Positions 1 to 9,577 of a stretch of 59,170 nt of DNA are shown here, in pieces. This DNA is from Bacteroidota bacterium. Its GTDB lineage: Bacteria > Bacteroidota > Bacteroidia > Cytophagales > Cyclobacteriaceae. The notes under the pieces are model-generated. The model worked only from the letters and a program-made list of their open reading frames with translations. It had not been told where the DNA came from and made no database searches. The stretch's first letter is position 1. Each line of letters begins with the position of its first letter. The translations under genes and the position numbers were made by a program. Location of the stretch: the NCBI GenBank assembly GCA_049324355.1, contig JBMOKS010000511.1, positions 1 through 59,170 on the forward strand, in the 5' to 3' direction.

Positions 1-1
1 C

Positions 2-943
2 AGGAAGCAACATATAAGTTTTGCCGTCTACACTAGATAACTCAGGCACCAATTGCGATTTCACTTCGGCCAGCTCGCTTGATCGATACGACATGGCTTT
101 GGCCAGTTCGTCGTTACCGAAGTGGCCGAGGTCGATATAGTTCTTGCTTACATCGTCGATATAATCCGTAAACAGGTATCGAAATCCTATTTCACCTGAT
201 ATGTCCATAACTTCATTTATCCTAAAACGCGCGCCAAGACCAAAAGGTATGGAGACTTGAAGTTTCTTGTAGGGCTTAGTGCCAAAATTCACATCAGTTT
301 CTGAGAGGTTAGCATGTTGGCCTTCGGTTCCAAGCGGTTGCAGGTCTACCCATTCACCGGCTTCGGCCAGGGGTGTTACGCCATCAACCTGGAAGTCTGG
401 CGCTTTTGCTTGTGGGTTGTGCAGAAAAAAAGCAACACCAAGATAAGCATAAGGGGTCCATTTTACACGACTGATGTAGGTGGCTTGATTTTCAAAGAGG
501 TCTAGCGAGGCTACTACAGAGAGTTCTTTGATGCGGTTTCTAAAGGAAAGGTTTCTCTTATAACGCGCTGCTGCGTTCTCGTCCGAGGGATCTGCGGAGT
601 CGTGGTCAGAACCACTCAACGTGCCATACATAAAAGATCCCGTTACACTATACCGCGGCCCGAACCGATGAGTAAGAGAAATGCCAATGCCCGGGCGTGT
701 AAACGAAATATCGGTGCTGAAGCGACTAGGACGAGGAGCGAGGTCTCCATAATAGTTGAGGGCATTCAAAGAAAACCCAACAGCGTTGTATCGCTTTTCC
801 TTTCCGAAGTGAGATTTTTTTCCCCGGAAACTGGATATCCGCCTATTATTTTTTTTTATAGCTTTTCTATTTAACTGGCAGTGGGCGTCATAGGCTAAAG
901 ACAGCAAAAATATGGCTAAAAAAAGACCGAGCAATTTTCTCAT
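2..943 (-). CDS. DUF6089-family outer-membrane beta-barrel-like protein (partial, runs off left edge)
   Basis: Not in the ORF track, presumably because no stop falls inside the window. Manual translation from ATG at 943: MRKLLGLFLAIFLLSLAYDAHCQ...LNALNYYGDLAP...RYKRNLSFRNRIKELS. Signal peptide plus NYYGDL and RNLSF motifs; lies downstream of NAD kinase, as is typical in Bacteroidota. Confidence 0.75.
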   Translation of the reverse strand, partial: MRKLLGLFLAIFLLSLAYDAHCQLNRKAIKKNNRRISSFRGKKSHFGKEKRYNAVGFSLNALNYYGDLAPRPSRFSTDISFTRPGIGISLTHRFGPRYSVTGSFMYGTLSGSDHDSADPSDENAAARYKRNLSFRNRIKELSVVASLDLFENQATYISRVKWTPYAYLGVAFFLHNPQAKAPDFQVDGVTPLAEAGEWVDLQPLGTEGQHANLSETDVNFGTKPYKKLQVSIPFGLGARFRINEVMDISGEIGFRYLFTDYIDDVSKNYIDLGHFGNDELAKAMSYRSSELAEVKSQLVPELSSVDGKTYMLLP

Positions 944-996
944 TCCGAGAGTATTTTAAGATTAAAAACCAGAGAATTACAAAAATAACAAAAATT

Positions 997-1872
997 TCAA
1001 TTTCGAACGTCAAGACCCCAGTTGAGCTTCTGCCTTAGTGTCTTAAAATAATGGTGGCCTTCGAGCTGGATTAGATTCACTTTAAAGTCGGCTTTGGAGA
1101 CTTTAAGCTTTACTGTATGATCTACTGTCGCGATACGCGAATCGAGCGAAACGAGGAATTTTTTGCTTCTGCCTTCCACTTGAAATGATATTTCCGAGCT
1201 GTCTGAAACCACGATGGGCCTTACTGTGAGGTTATGGGGGCTTACTGGTGTAATCACAAAATTGCCGGATCTTGGAAAGATCAGGGGCCCTCCGCAACTC
1301 AACGAGTATCCCGTAGAACCCGTTGGCGTCGCGATAATGATGCCGTCGGCCCAATATGAGTTTAGAAATTCGCCGTCGATGAATGTATGGATGGTGATCA
1401 TCGAAGAAGTATCCTTTTTCACTACGGTGAAATCGTTGAGCCCAAAGTTAAGTTTTCCAAAAATGTCTTGGTTAGATTGGAGTTGTAGCACGGCGCGTTT
1501 GTCGAGACTGTAAGCACCCTGAACAACTTTTGCCAGGGCATGCTCAGTTTCTTCACGACTAATGGTGGCCAGAAATCCTAGTCTACCGGTATTGATACCA
1601 AGCACGGGTATCTCGGCTTTTCCAATATGGGCTACGGCATCGAGTAATGTGCCATCGCCGCCGATGCTGATGAAAACTTTGAAATTTTTCAGATTGTCGC
1701 CGGGTTCGTACGGCCTGAACTTAAATTTTTTAAAACCAGCCTGCTTTAGATAACCCAGGAATTTGGTAGAGATGCAGATCTCGGCGTCGTGTTGAGATAG
1801 GATCTCAAAAATACGTTGAATAAAAGGAGCAGACTGGCGTGTAAACTCTTTGCCGTGAACACCGATCTTCAT
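997..1872 (-). CDS. nadK: NAD kinase
   Basis: GGDGT, GINTGRLGFL, ND and TPTGSTGYSLSCGGP motifs; start trimmed to MKIGVHG (ATG at 1872). Confidence 0.95.
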   Translation of the reverse strand: MKIGVHGKEFTRQSAPFIQRIFEILSQHDAEICISTKFLGYLKQAGFKKFKFRPYEPGDNLKNFKVFISIGGDGTLLDAVAHIGKAEIPVLGINTGRLGFLATISREETEHALAKVVQGAYSLDKRAVLQLQSNQDIFGKLNFGLNDFTVVKKDTSSMITIHTFIDGEFLNSYWADGIIIATPTGSTGYSLSCGGPLIFPRSGNFVITPVSPHNLTVRPIVVSDSSEISFQVEGRSKKFLVSLDSRIATVDHTVKLKVSKADFKVNLIQLEGHHYFKTLRQKLNWGLDVRN

Positions 1873-2014
1873 TGGGACTTTCCTTGTTTGTTTTTTTAAA
1901 ATCGGCCAGCGTAAGAGGAGGCCAAGTTTAAAGATACGAAGGGAAGTAGGAACGACAAACAAGTCGCCCGGATGCAGCCGGGTGCAGGTCGCTCAGACGG
2001 TAGGGGATTGGGTC

Positions 2015-2680
2015 CTAAATGTCGAGGTAGCGGAGCAGCATATCGATCCGTTCGCGCTCATTTTCGATGGGTTTCGACTCCTGATATCGGCCAATAACCT
2101 TGTAGCTAAAGCGCTCGAGAGTGGCTACGATCCGTGACATATCAGATTGGTCGATTTTCAGGGTGAGTCTTATCTTGCCCGGGTCCAGCGGATCTTCTTT
2201 AATAATGCTGCTCAGGATCCTGGCGCGGTTTTCCTCAATAAGACGGCTGATCTCAGCCAGTGAGTAATCCACGTGATTCATCGACAACACCAGGATAGAT
2301 CCCGGCATTTGTACAGCAGCGGTTTGCGCAAATGAGGTCAGGGTATCCTGTACTGTTATGACGCCGCAATATTGCTGTTCGTCGTTCAGCACGGCCACCA
2401 TCTGTATCTTATTGTCGGTGGCTACTTTCAGGATGTCGTAGAAATGTGTATTGAGGTGTACATAGCACAACTGCCCGACCAGGTTAAAATCACCAACATG
2501 TTTGTCTATGTCGTTGGTTTCGAGAATGATTTCTTCGGAGATAAACCCCACCAATTTTTCATCGGCGACAACCGGCATGAAACTGCATCGAAATTCCTCC
2601 ATCCAAACGATAGCTTTGTGAGCGTCGTCTGTGACCTTCAGGGGAGGAATCATATGGTTGATCAAGTCTTCAGCAATCAT
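2015..2680 (-). CDS. CBS-domain protein (CBS pair plus C-terminal ACT-like domain)
   Basis: PVV...LVGFIS and GVIT CBS motifs; DYSLAEISRLIE segment and LLRYLDI C-terminus typical of the Bacteroidota family next to nadK. Confidence 0.85.
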   Translation of the reverse strand: MIAEDLINHMIPPLKVTDDAHKAIVWMEEFRCSFMPVVADEKLVGFISEEIILETNDIDKHVGDFNLVGQLCYVHLNTHFYDILKVATDNKIQMVAVLNDEQQYCGVITVQDTLTSFAQTAAVQMPGSILVLSMNHVDYSLAEISRLIEENRARILSSIIKEDPLDPGKIRLTLKIDQSDMSRIVATLERFSYKVIGRYQESKPIENERERIDMLLRYLDI

Positions 2681-2761
2681 AATAGCTATTGGGCTTTGGG
2701 GTTTAGCTATCGGCGGGGTGTGGGTGTGTGTTATTGTTAGTTGAATGATTCAAAAGCTCTG

Positions 2762-3514
2762 TCAAGTAACCAAAAAATCCTGAACAAACTCATTAAATTT
2801 TTCAGGATGCTCCATCATAGGCGCATGGCAGCATTTATCAATAAATTTCAGCTGTGATCTGGGTATCAACCTGTTAAATTCATGTGCCACGATAGGCGGG
2901 GTTATGGTGTCATTCAGGCCCCAGACCAACAACGTGGGGATCTGAATAGCAGGTACTTCCTCGGCCATATTATGTCTTTGCGCCGATTTGGCAATGGCTA
3001 CGATACGCATGCATTTTGGGATGCTTTTCGTAGTCTCGAATACTTCATCTACTAGCTCTTTTGTAGCCACATCGGGATTGTAAAAAGTATAAGCCACTCG
3101 TTCTCTAATGTATTCATAATTGCCACGTTTGGGGTAAGAACCACCCATGGAATCTTCAAACAATCCGGAGCTGCCGGTGAGGATCAATTTTTTTACTTTT
3201 TCTTTGTTCTTGAGCGTATACAACAGGGCAATATGACCACCAAGACTGTTGCCCATGATAATCATATCCGACAACTTTTTGAACGCCACGAAATCTTCAA
3301 CAAATTTTCGCAGCCCATCCAGTCCCGCTTCCTTAATCGGCATTTCATAAATTGGAAGCATGGGTATCACCACCCTGAAGTTCTTCGAAAAACGATTGAC
3401 CACACCTTCCCAATTACTGAGCGCGCCGAATAGACCATGAAGCAACAGAAGTACCTGGCCTGATCCCTCGTCAACAAATCTGAATCCGTTTTCTTCTTTA
3501 ACTTGAATGGGCAT
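2762..3514 (-). CDS. Alpha/beta fold hydrolase
   Basis: LLHGLFG oxyanion motif, GNSLGG nucleophile elbow, D and H (CCHAP) catalytic residues. Confidence 0.9.
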   Translation of the reverse strand: MPIQVKEENGFRFVDEGSGQVLLLLHGLFGALSNWEGVVNRFSKNFRVVIPMLPIYEMPIKEAGLDGLRKFVEDFVAFKKLSDMIIMGNSLGGHIALLYTLKNKEKVKKLILTGSSGLFEDSMGGSYPKRGNYEYIRERVAYTFYNPDVATKELVDEVFETTKSIPKCMRIVAIAKSAQRHNMAEEVPAIQIPTLLVWGLNDTITPPIVAHEFNRLIPRSQLKFIDKCCHAPMMEHPEKFNEFVQDFLVT

Positions 3515-3586
3515 GTGGAGAAATATAAGTGATAAGTAAGGAAAAAAAATATCAGAATAAAAGTTTTAACTCAGAGTAATCTTACG

Positions 3587-4084
3587 TCAGAAGATATCTT
3601 TAAAAGCAGGAACTATTTCACCGATCCATGATGTTACAGTGGGCGCAAATTCGCTCACATAGGGATAGATGACAGACTTCTCAGTCCACTTTTCGGGGAA
3701 TTTAAATTTCATCGATTCCATTAACCAGAGTGCTACACTGACTATAAAAACTGTTTTGACGGCGCCCAACAATGCCCCGGCTACCTGATCGGCACGTCCC
3801 AGAAAAGTTTGATCGATAGAAGCCTTGATCATTCTACCTAACAAATTCACCAGTAGAACGATGCCTACGAATACTGCACCAAAAGCAATGTAGGGCAGCA
3901 CTTTTTCGTCTACATTGAATTCGTTGGCCAGGTATATCATTGCCCAACCCATCAGTTTGAATCCACCGAGTACGCCGAGCACGATAGCGATCAAAGAAAA
4001 TAGCGTCATTAAAAAACCCTCCTTGTATCCGGAAAAGATACCCACCACAACCATGAGCACCAATGCGATGTCTATGTAGCTCAA
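3587..4084 (-). CDS. cvpA: CvpA family (colicin V production-like) membrane protein
   Basis: IDI...GYKEGF N-terminus, four TM segments, D..AGALLGAVK motif, S..YPY tail. Confidence 0.85.
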   Translation of the reverse strand: MSYIDIALVLMVVVGIFSGYKEGFLMTLFSLIAIVLGVLGGFKLMGWAMIYLANEFNVDEKVLPYIAFGAVFVGIVLLVNLLGRMIKASIDQTFLGRADQVAGALLGAVKTVFIVSVALWLMESMKFKFPEKWTEKSVIYPYVSEFAPTVTSWIGEIVPAFKDIF

Positions 4085-4533
4085 GAGGTCAGCAATTTTT
4101 TTACGAGTTCGGAAATCACTCTGCCGTCGGCTTGACCGGCGAGCTTTTTAGTCACCACGCCCATCACTTTGCCCATATCCTGAGGGCCCTTTGCGCCTAC
4201 TTCCTGGATTACATCCTGGATGGCCGTTGTAATTTGGCTTTCTGAAAGTTGTTTAGGCAAATAGCGATTGATAACTTCGAGTTGAAACAATTCGCGTTGC
4301 GCGAGGTCTTCACGATTCTGTTGTTTAAAAATGTCTGCCGATTCTTTGCGTTGTTTGGCTGCCTTCATAAGGATTTTATTCTCAGCATCGGGAGATATAT
4401 CTGTAGCACCGCCTTTTTCTGTTTCCGCCAACAGGATCATCGATTTAATACTTCGCAACGCCTCCAGTTCTTCCTTGTTCTTGGCGAGCATGGCTTGTTT
4501 GATATCACTATCAATTTGTTGCTTAAGACTCAT
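4081..4533 (-). CDS. yqeY: GatB/YqeY domain protein
   Basis: MSLKQQIDSDIKQAMLAK, KQRKES, YLPKQLS and DMGKVMG motifs. Confidence 0.92.
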   Translation of the reverse strand: MSLKQQIDSDIKQAMLAKNKEELEALRSIKSMILLAETEKGGATDISPDAENKILMKAAKQRKESADIFKQQNREDLAQRELFQLEVINRYLPKQLSESQITTAIQDVIQEVGAKGPQDMGKVMGVVTKKLAGQADGRVISELVKKLLTS

Positions 4534-4622
4534 ATTTTTTACTTAGTTTTTAATTTCGAAACGAAATATTGCCGTAATCAGTTAACTATGCATCGAAGTT
4601 ATAAACTCGACCCATTCAAACC

Positions 4623-5336
4623 GTGACAAGATTAAGCGTCAATATTAATAAAATTGCCACACTCCGAAATGCGCGGGGAGGAAATAATCCTGATGTCGTT
4701 AAAGCGGCCATCGACTGCGAGCGGTTTGGTGCGCAGGGTATTACCGTTCACCCTCGTCCGGATGAAAGACACATCCGATACAAGGATGTGATCCAGTTGA
4801 AGCAAGTGGTGAAGACGGAGTTCAATATCGAAGGGTATCCCGACGAACGCTTTCTCAAAATTATGGATGAAGTGAAACCAGCGCAGGCCACTCTCGTGCC
4901 CGACGCGCCCGGTGTTATTACATCCAATGCCGGTTGGGACACGATCAAACATGCTGCTTTTTTAAAAGACATTACCAAAGAGATCAAGTTAAAGGGAATT
5001 CGCGTGTCGATTTTTGTCGACCCCGCGCCTCGCCTGGTCGAAGGCGCTGCGCAGGCGGGAGCCGACCGGATCGAACTTTACACGGAACCTTATGCCAGAG
5101 AATTTCAAGTTAGCAAGGAGGTAGCCGTAAAACCGTACGTTGAAAGCGCGCGGGTTGCACGAAGCTTGAACCTGGGTATCAACGCCGGGCATGATCTGGA
5201 TCTGAACAACCTGAAATTTCTAAAACAAAGTATTCCGTACCTCGATGAAGTGTCTATCGGTCATGCTCTCATCTCTGACGCACTTTATCTGGGATTGGAG
5301 AATACTATTCAGCTTTACCTCAAACAATTGAGATAA
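4623..5336 (+). CDS. pdxJ: Pyridoxine 5'-phosphate synthase
   Basis: [40 protein letters not shown] and EVSIGHALI motifs. Confidence 0.97.
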   Translation: MTRLSVNINKIATLRNARGGNNPDVVKAAIDCERFGAQGITVHPRPDERHIRYKDVIQLKQVVKTEFNIEGYPDERFLKIMDEVKPAQATLVPDAPGVITSNAGWDTIKHAAFLKDITKEIKLKGIRVSIFVDPAPRLVEGAAQAGADRIELYTEPYAREFQVSKEVAVKPYVESARVARSLNLGINAGHDLDLNNLKFLKQSIPYLDEVSIGHALISDALYLGLENTIQLYLKQLR

Positions 5337-5389
5337 ACAGGCCACCGGTCTTTTTAAATAAACAGCGAGTCAATTAGACTGGCTTCTCT

Positions 5390-5397
5390 TATCTTTG
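5390..5397 (+). promoter_or_regulatory. Bacteroidota sigma-70 -7 box (TATCTTTG) upstream of TPM genes
   Basis: Matches TAnnTTTG, 19 nt before ATG 5417. Confidence 0.55.
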
Positions 5398-5416
5398 AGA
5401 TCAATTCTGATCACAC

Positions 5417-6076
5417 ATGAAATTAAAGCAAAAATTTAGCGAGGCCGACCTACAGCGGATAAAAGCTGCCGTGAAGGATGCCGAGAACAATATTTCCGGC
5501 GAGATTGTGCCGGTGATCGTGGAGAAAAGTGGTTTTTACACCGTTGCTAATTATAAAGGAAGTCTTTTTGGCGCTACGTTACTGTTCGTGGTCATGATTA
5601 TTCTGGACCGGTATGTGATCGACGCCAGCAACACGTTGTTCTATGATCCTGTATTCATATTCTTTGTTGTTGTGTTAGGCGGTATTATCGGTGCCTTACT
5701 GCCGAATTTTTCGCCATTCATCAGACGAAAGCTTATCGACCAGGTACACATGGATCGCGCCACCCGTCAACGCGCCGAAAACGCGTTTCTTGAAGAAGAA
5801 GTTTTTAATACCAGGCATCGCACCGGCATCATGATCTTCATCTCATTTTTCGAACACGAAGTTATTGTGATGGCCGATCGTGGTATCAGCAAAGTGGTAG
5901 AGCAAAAGCAATGGGACAAGATCGTGTCAGACCTCGTGTTGAACATACGTGATGGAAAGATCGTGGAAGGTATTGAAGCGGGTATCCGTCGCTGTGGAGA
6001 AATTCTGCTGGAAAAAGGCTTCCATAAAACTTCTGACGACATCAACGAACTGCGCGATGACCTGCGCATCAGCTGA
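5417..6076 (+). CDS. TPM-domain membrane protein
   Basis: AVKDAE..SGEIVP, T..RTGIMIFIS..EH.V.VMAD.GI and NEL.D motifs, two TM segments. Confidence 0.85.
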   Translation: MKLKQKFSEADLQRIKAAVKDAENNISGEIVPVIVEKSGFYTVANYKGSLFGATLLFVVMIILDRYVIDASNTLFYDPVFIFFVVVLGGIIGALLPNFSPFIRRKLIDQVHMDRATRQRAENAFLEEEVFNTRHRTGIMIFISFFEHEVIVMADRGISKVVEQKQWDKIVSDLVLNIRDGKIVEGIEAGIRRCGEILLEKGFHKTSDDINELRDDLRIS

Positions 6077-6116
6077 CCTTTCTTGACAAGACCATTCAAT
6101 AGCACAGAACATTCCA

Positions 6117-6848
6117 ATGAAAAAGATTTTATTTTTTTATTTCATACTGCTTCCCGTATTGGTTCAGGCCCAGCTTGCTATCCCCGAGCTGTGGGGAACA
6201 CGGGTTCATGACGAAGCCAAAGTTCTCTCTTCGGGTACTATTGGATTTCTCGAGCAAGAACTCAAAAGCCATGAAGATTCTACATCCAATCAGATCGCGA
6301 TACTTATCGTGCCGTCGCTGGAAGGAGAGTCTATAGAAGAATATACCCTTCGAGTGGCCGAGAAGTGGAAACTGGGTCAGGCAAAGAATGACAATGGTGT
6401 TTTGTTTTTTATCGCTGTGAATGATCGTAAAGTGCGAATTGAAGTAGGCGAAGGCCTGGAAGGGGTGCTTCCGGATGCGCTTTGTGCACAGATCATCCGC
6501 AATGAACTTGCACCCTATTTCAGACAACAGAATTACGACGCTGGAGTGCAGGCCGCAGTCGCGGCGATAATAAAAGCAATTGCAGGAGAGTACCATGCCG
6601 AAGCAAAGCCCCTTAAACGACGGAGTCGTGGAGGTTCCTTGGTAGGCACCCTCATCATACTAGTGATCATCATTATTATCTCCAGCATTCGCCGGGGCGG
6701 CGGCAACTACCGCGGGGGCGGATGGTCTGCGGGTTCGGGATGGTTTGGCGGAGGTTATGGTGGCGGCGGTGGCGGCTGGTCTGGAGGAGGAGGTTTTTCC
6801 GGCGGCGGCGGCGGGTTTAGTGGCGGTGGAAGCAGTGGCTCCTGGTAG
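6117..6848 (+). CDS. TPM-domain protein (YgcG-like) with Gly-rich tail
   Basis: V.DEA.VLS, WKLGQ..NDNGVL, RKVRIEVG.GLEG.LPD motifs; GGGFSGGGSSGSW C-terminus. Confidence 0.92.
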   Translation: MKKILFFYFILLPVLVQAQLAIPELWGTRVHDEAKVLSSGTIGFLEQELKSHEDSTSNQIAILIVPSLEGESIEEYTLRVAEKWKLGQAKNDNGVLFFIAVNDRKVRIEVGEGLEGVLPDALCAQIIRNELAPYFRQQNYDAGVQAAVAAIIKAIAGEYHAEAKPLKRRSRGGSLVGTLIILVIIIIISSIRRGGGNYRGGGWSAGSGWFGGGYGGGGGGWSGGGGFSGGGGGFSGGGSSGSW

Positions 6849-6937
6849 GAAATTACCGCACACGATACCGATGTTATCCCCATCACAAATTGTCAGTGAT
6901 TTGAATTTAATGCTTGGGATTTAGCATTTATCTACCC

Positions 6938-6945
6938 TATTTTTG
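6938..6945 (+). promoter_or_regulatory. -7 promoter box (TATTTTTG) for glyA
   Basis: TAnnTTTG match; overlaps the ORF-track TTG, which supports ATG 6970 as the real start. Confidence 0.55.
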
Positions 6946-6969
6946 AGCCTTCTTTTTAACAACCCATTC

Positions 6970-8241
6970 ATGAAAAAAGACAAAGCCATTTTTGATCTTA
7001 TCGAAAGAGAAAAGCAGCGCCAGCAAGACGGTATAGAACTGATCGCTTCAGAGAACTTCACTTCTCAGCAGGTCATGAAGGCCATGGGCACGTGCCTCAC
7101 AAATAAGTACGCTGAGGGACTTCCCGGCAAGCGATACTATGGCGGTTGTGAAGTAGTGGATGAGGTTGAACAACTGGCTATAGATAGAGCGAAAGAACTT
7201 TTTGGTGCAGAATGGGCCAATGTGCAGCCGCACTCCGGCGCACAAGCCAACGCGGCCGTAATGCTGGCATGCCTTAAACCCGGCGACAAAATACTGGGTT
7301 TCGACCTTTCCCACGGCGGTCATCTCACGCACGGTTCGCCTGTGAACTTCTCAGGTAAACTTTACCAGCCGGTTTTTTATGGCGTTGAAGAGGCCACCGG
7401 AACGATCAACTTCGATAAAGTTATTGAGATCGCGCAACGCGAAAAACCCAAGATGATCATCTGTGGGGCGTCTGCTTATAGCCGCGATTGGGACTATAAA
7501 AAACTCAGGGAGGCTGCAGACAGCGTTGGCGCAATTCTCCTCGCCGATATCTCTCACCCCGCAGGCCTGATTGCCCGCGGTTTGCTGAACGACCCCATGG
7601 AACATTGTCATGTAGTGACAACGACAACGCATAAAACTCTTCGCGGGCCTCGCGGCGGAATGATACTTGTTGGAAAAAATTTCGACAACCCATGGGGTCT
7701 GAAGACACCCAAAGGAGAGCTGAGAAAGATAACATCTGTTCTCGACTCTGGTGTTTTCCCGGGTACGCAGGGTGGTCCGTTAGAGCATGTGATCGCAGCC
7801 AAAGCGGTGTCGTTTCTCGAAGCCCTTTCAGACGAATATCTAGATTATATCGTGCAGGTGGCAAAGAATGCCAAGGTGATGGCGCAAACGTTCACCGAGA
7901 GAGGATACAAAATCATCTCCGGCGGAACCGACAACCACCTCATGTTGATCGATCTTCGTTCAAAAAAATTGACTGGTAAACAAGCGGAAGAAAGCCTGAT
8001 CCAGGCCGACATTACCATCAACAAAAACATGGTCCCTTTCGACACACAATCGCCCATGGTTACCTCCGGAATGCGCATTGGCACGCCTGCTGTGACAACT
8101 CGCGGCATGAAGGAAAAAGATATCGTGAAGATCGTGGAATTGATCGATGAGGCACTTCAAAAACCGGAAGATCAAAAACACCTGAAGGCTGTTAAAAGAA
8201 AAGTCAACCGTCTGATGGACAAGTTTCCATTGTACGCTTGA
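6970..8241 (+). CDS. glyA: Serine hydroxymethyltransferase
   Basis: [27 protein letters not shown] and [14 protein letters not shown] (PLP lysine) motifs. Confidence 0.98.
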   Translation: MKKDKAIFDLIEREKQRQQDGIELIASENFTSQQVMKAMGTCLTNKYAEGLPGKRYYGGCEVVDEVEQLAIDRAKELFGAEWANVQPHSGAQANAAVMLACLKPGDKILGFDLSHGGHLTHGSPVNFSGKLYQPVFYGVEEATGTINFDKVIEIAQREKPKMIICGASAYSRDWDYKKLREAADSVGAILLADISHPAGLIARGLLNDPMEHCHVVTTTTHKTLRGPRGGMILVGKNFDNPWGLKTPKGELRKITSVLDSGVFPGTQGGPLEHVIAAKAVSFLEALSDEYLDYIVQVAKNAKVMAQTFTERGYKIISGGTDNHLMLIDLRSKKLTGKQAEESLIQADITINKNMVPFDTQSPMVTSGMRIGTPAVTTRGMKEKDIVKIVELIDEALQKPEDQKHLKAVKRKVNRLMDKFPLYA

Positions 8242-8278
8242 TTGGCTCGGCCAGTAAATTAAGAATCATCGATTATTC

Positions 8279-9136
8279 ATGGCATTAGATCAGGAACCAA
8301 TAGACAGCGGAGAGCGGGAGATGACTTTCCTCGATCATTTGGAAGAACTGCGTTGGCACGTCATCCGCTCGGCAGTTTCCATTGTGGTATTTACAATAGT
8401 TGCCTTTATTTATGTAAAATGGGTTTTTAACGAGCTTTTGCTGGCGCCGGCTAATGCCAACTTTCCGACCTGGAGAGCATTGTGTAAACTCGGCAATTGG
8501 ATAAACAACCCCGACCTTTGTATTGAGAGCATTCCTCTTGAATTGCAAAGTCGTTATATGACAGGGCAATTCACGATCACTATTGTCTCTGCGTTCATCA
8601 TCGGCCTGATCCTGTCATTTCCCTATGTGTCATGGGAGTTGTGGCGATTTATTAAACCCGGTTTGTATAAAAAAGAACGTACTAATTCGCGAGGTGTGGT
8701 GGGCGTTGTAAGCTTGCTGTTTGCGGCCGGAGTCTCCTTTGGATATTTTGTGATTACTCCATTGATGGTTTATGTTATGGTAAACTATCGAATCAGCGAT
8801 CAGATCGTAAACCAATTTGATATCACTTCTTACGTAACAACGGTTGTCGCCCTGGTTTTTGGTAGCGGGCTTTTGTTCCAGTTGCCCGTGGTGATCTATT
8901 TCCTGTCTAAGATTGGCATGGTAACACCTCGGTTTTTACGTCGCTATCGCAAGCATTCTGTAGTGATCATTCTTATCGTTGCGGCTATTATTACGCCTCC
9001 TGATCCGCTCAGCCAGATTCTCATCACCATTCCGTTGTACTTGCTGTTCGAAATCAGTATCTTGATATCAGCCAGAGTAGAAAAGAGAAAGTTGCGCGAA
9101 GAGGAAGAAGAACGATTAAAAGAACAAGTTTCATGA
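8279..9136 (+). CDS. tatC: Twin-arginine translocase subunit TatC
   Basis: MTFLDHLEELR, WRFIKPGLY..E, FQLP and AAIITPPD motifs. Confidence 0.96.
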   Translation: MALDQEPIDSGEREMTFLDHLEELRWHVIRSAVSIVVFTIVAFIYVKWVFNELLLAPANANFPTWRALCKLGNWINNPDLCIESIPLELQSRYMTGQFTITIVSAFIIGLILSFPYVSWELWRFIKPGLYKKERTNSRGVVGVVSLLFAAGVSFGYFVITPLMVYVMVNYRISDQIVNQFDITSYVTTVVALVFGSGLLFQLPVVIYFLSKIGMVTPRFLRRYRKHSVVIILIVAAIITPPDPLSQILITIPLYLLFEISILISARVEKRKLREEEEERLKEQVS

Positions 9137-9567
9137 TGCCCAAAATCGCCATCGGAGCAGATCACGCCGGTTTCGAATACAAGGAACAAATAAAACAGTG
9201 GCTTGAAAAGAACGGCTATCCGTACAAGGATTTTGGTACACACAGTGCCGAATCTGCCGATTATCCGGATTTCGCGCATCCGGTATCTCATGCTGTTGAA
9301 AAAAGTCAGTTCGACCTGGGAATTTTGGTTTGCGGAAGCGCCAATGGCGTGGCTATCACAGCCAATAAACACCAGGGCATTCGCGCTGCCATTTGCTGGA
9401 CCGAAGAACTGGCGGCTTTGGCACGTCAGCATAACAACGCCAACATTGTTTGCCTGCCGGCGCGCTTTGTGGATTACCCTGAGGCCGAAAAGATCATTCA
9501 GAAATTTATCCTAACCGGTTTTGAAGGCGGGCGCCACGAGCGCAGGGTGAGCAAAATTGCCTGCTGA
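9133..9567 (+). CDS. rpiB: Ribose 5-phosphate isomerase B
   Basis: IGADHAG, DYPD, CGSANG, ARQHNNAN and FEGGRH motifs; ATGA overlap with tatC. Confidence 0.96.
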   Translation: MMPKIAIGADHAGFEYKEQIKQWLEKNGYPYKDFGTHSAESADYPDFAHPVSHAVEKSQFDLGILVCGSANGVAITANKHQGIRAAICWTEELAALARQHNNANIVCLPARFVDYPEAEKIIQKFILTGFEGGRHERRVSKIAC

Positions 9568-9577
9568 TTTTCTGAGT

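Noticed and set aside
314-874. Short + strand ORFs 314-505 and 602-874
   Set aside because: Shadow ORFs antisense to the DUF6089-like gene. The same applies to the many 60-180 aa ORFs nested in or opposite recognised genes across the window.
6690-6848. GGC-rich repeat
   Set aside because: Encodes the normal Gly-rich tail of TPM/YgcG proteins.
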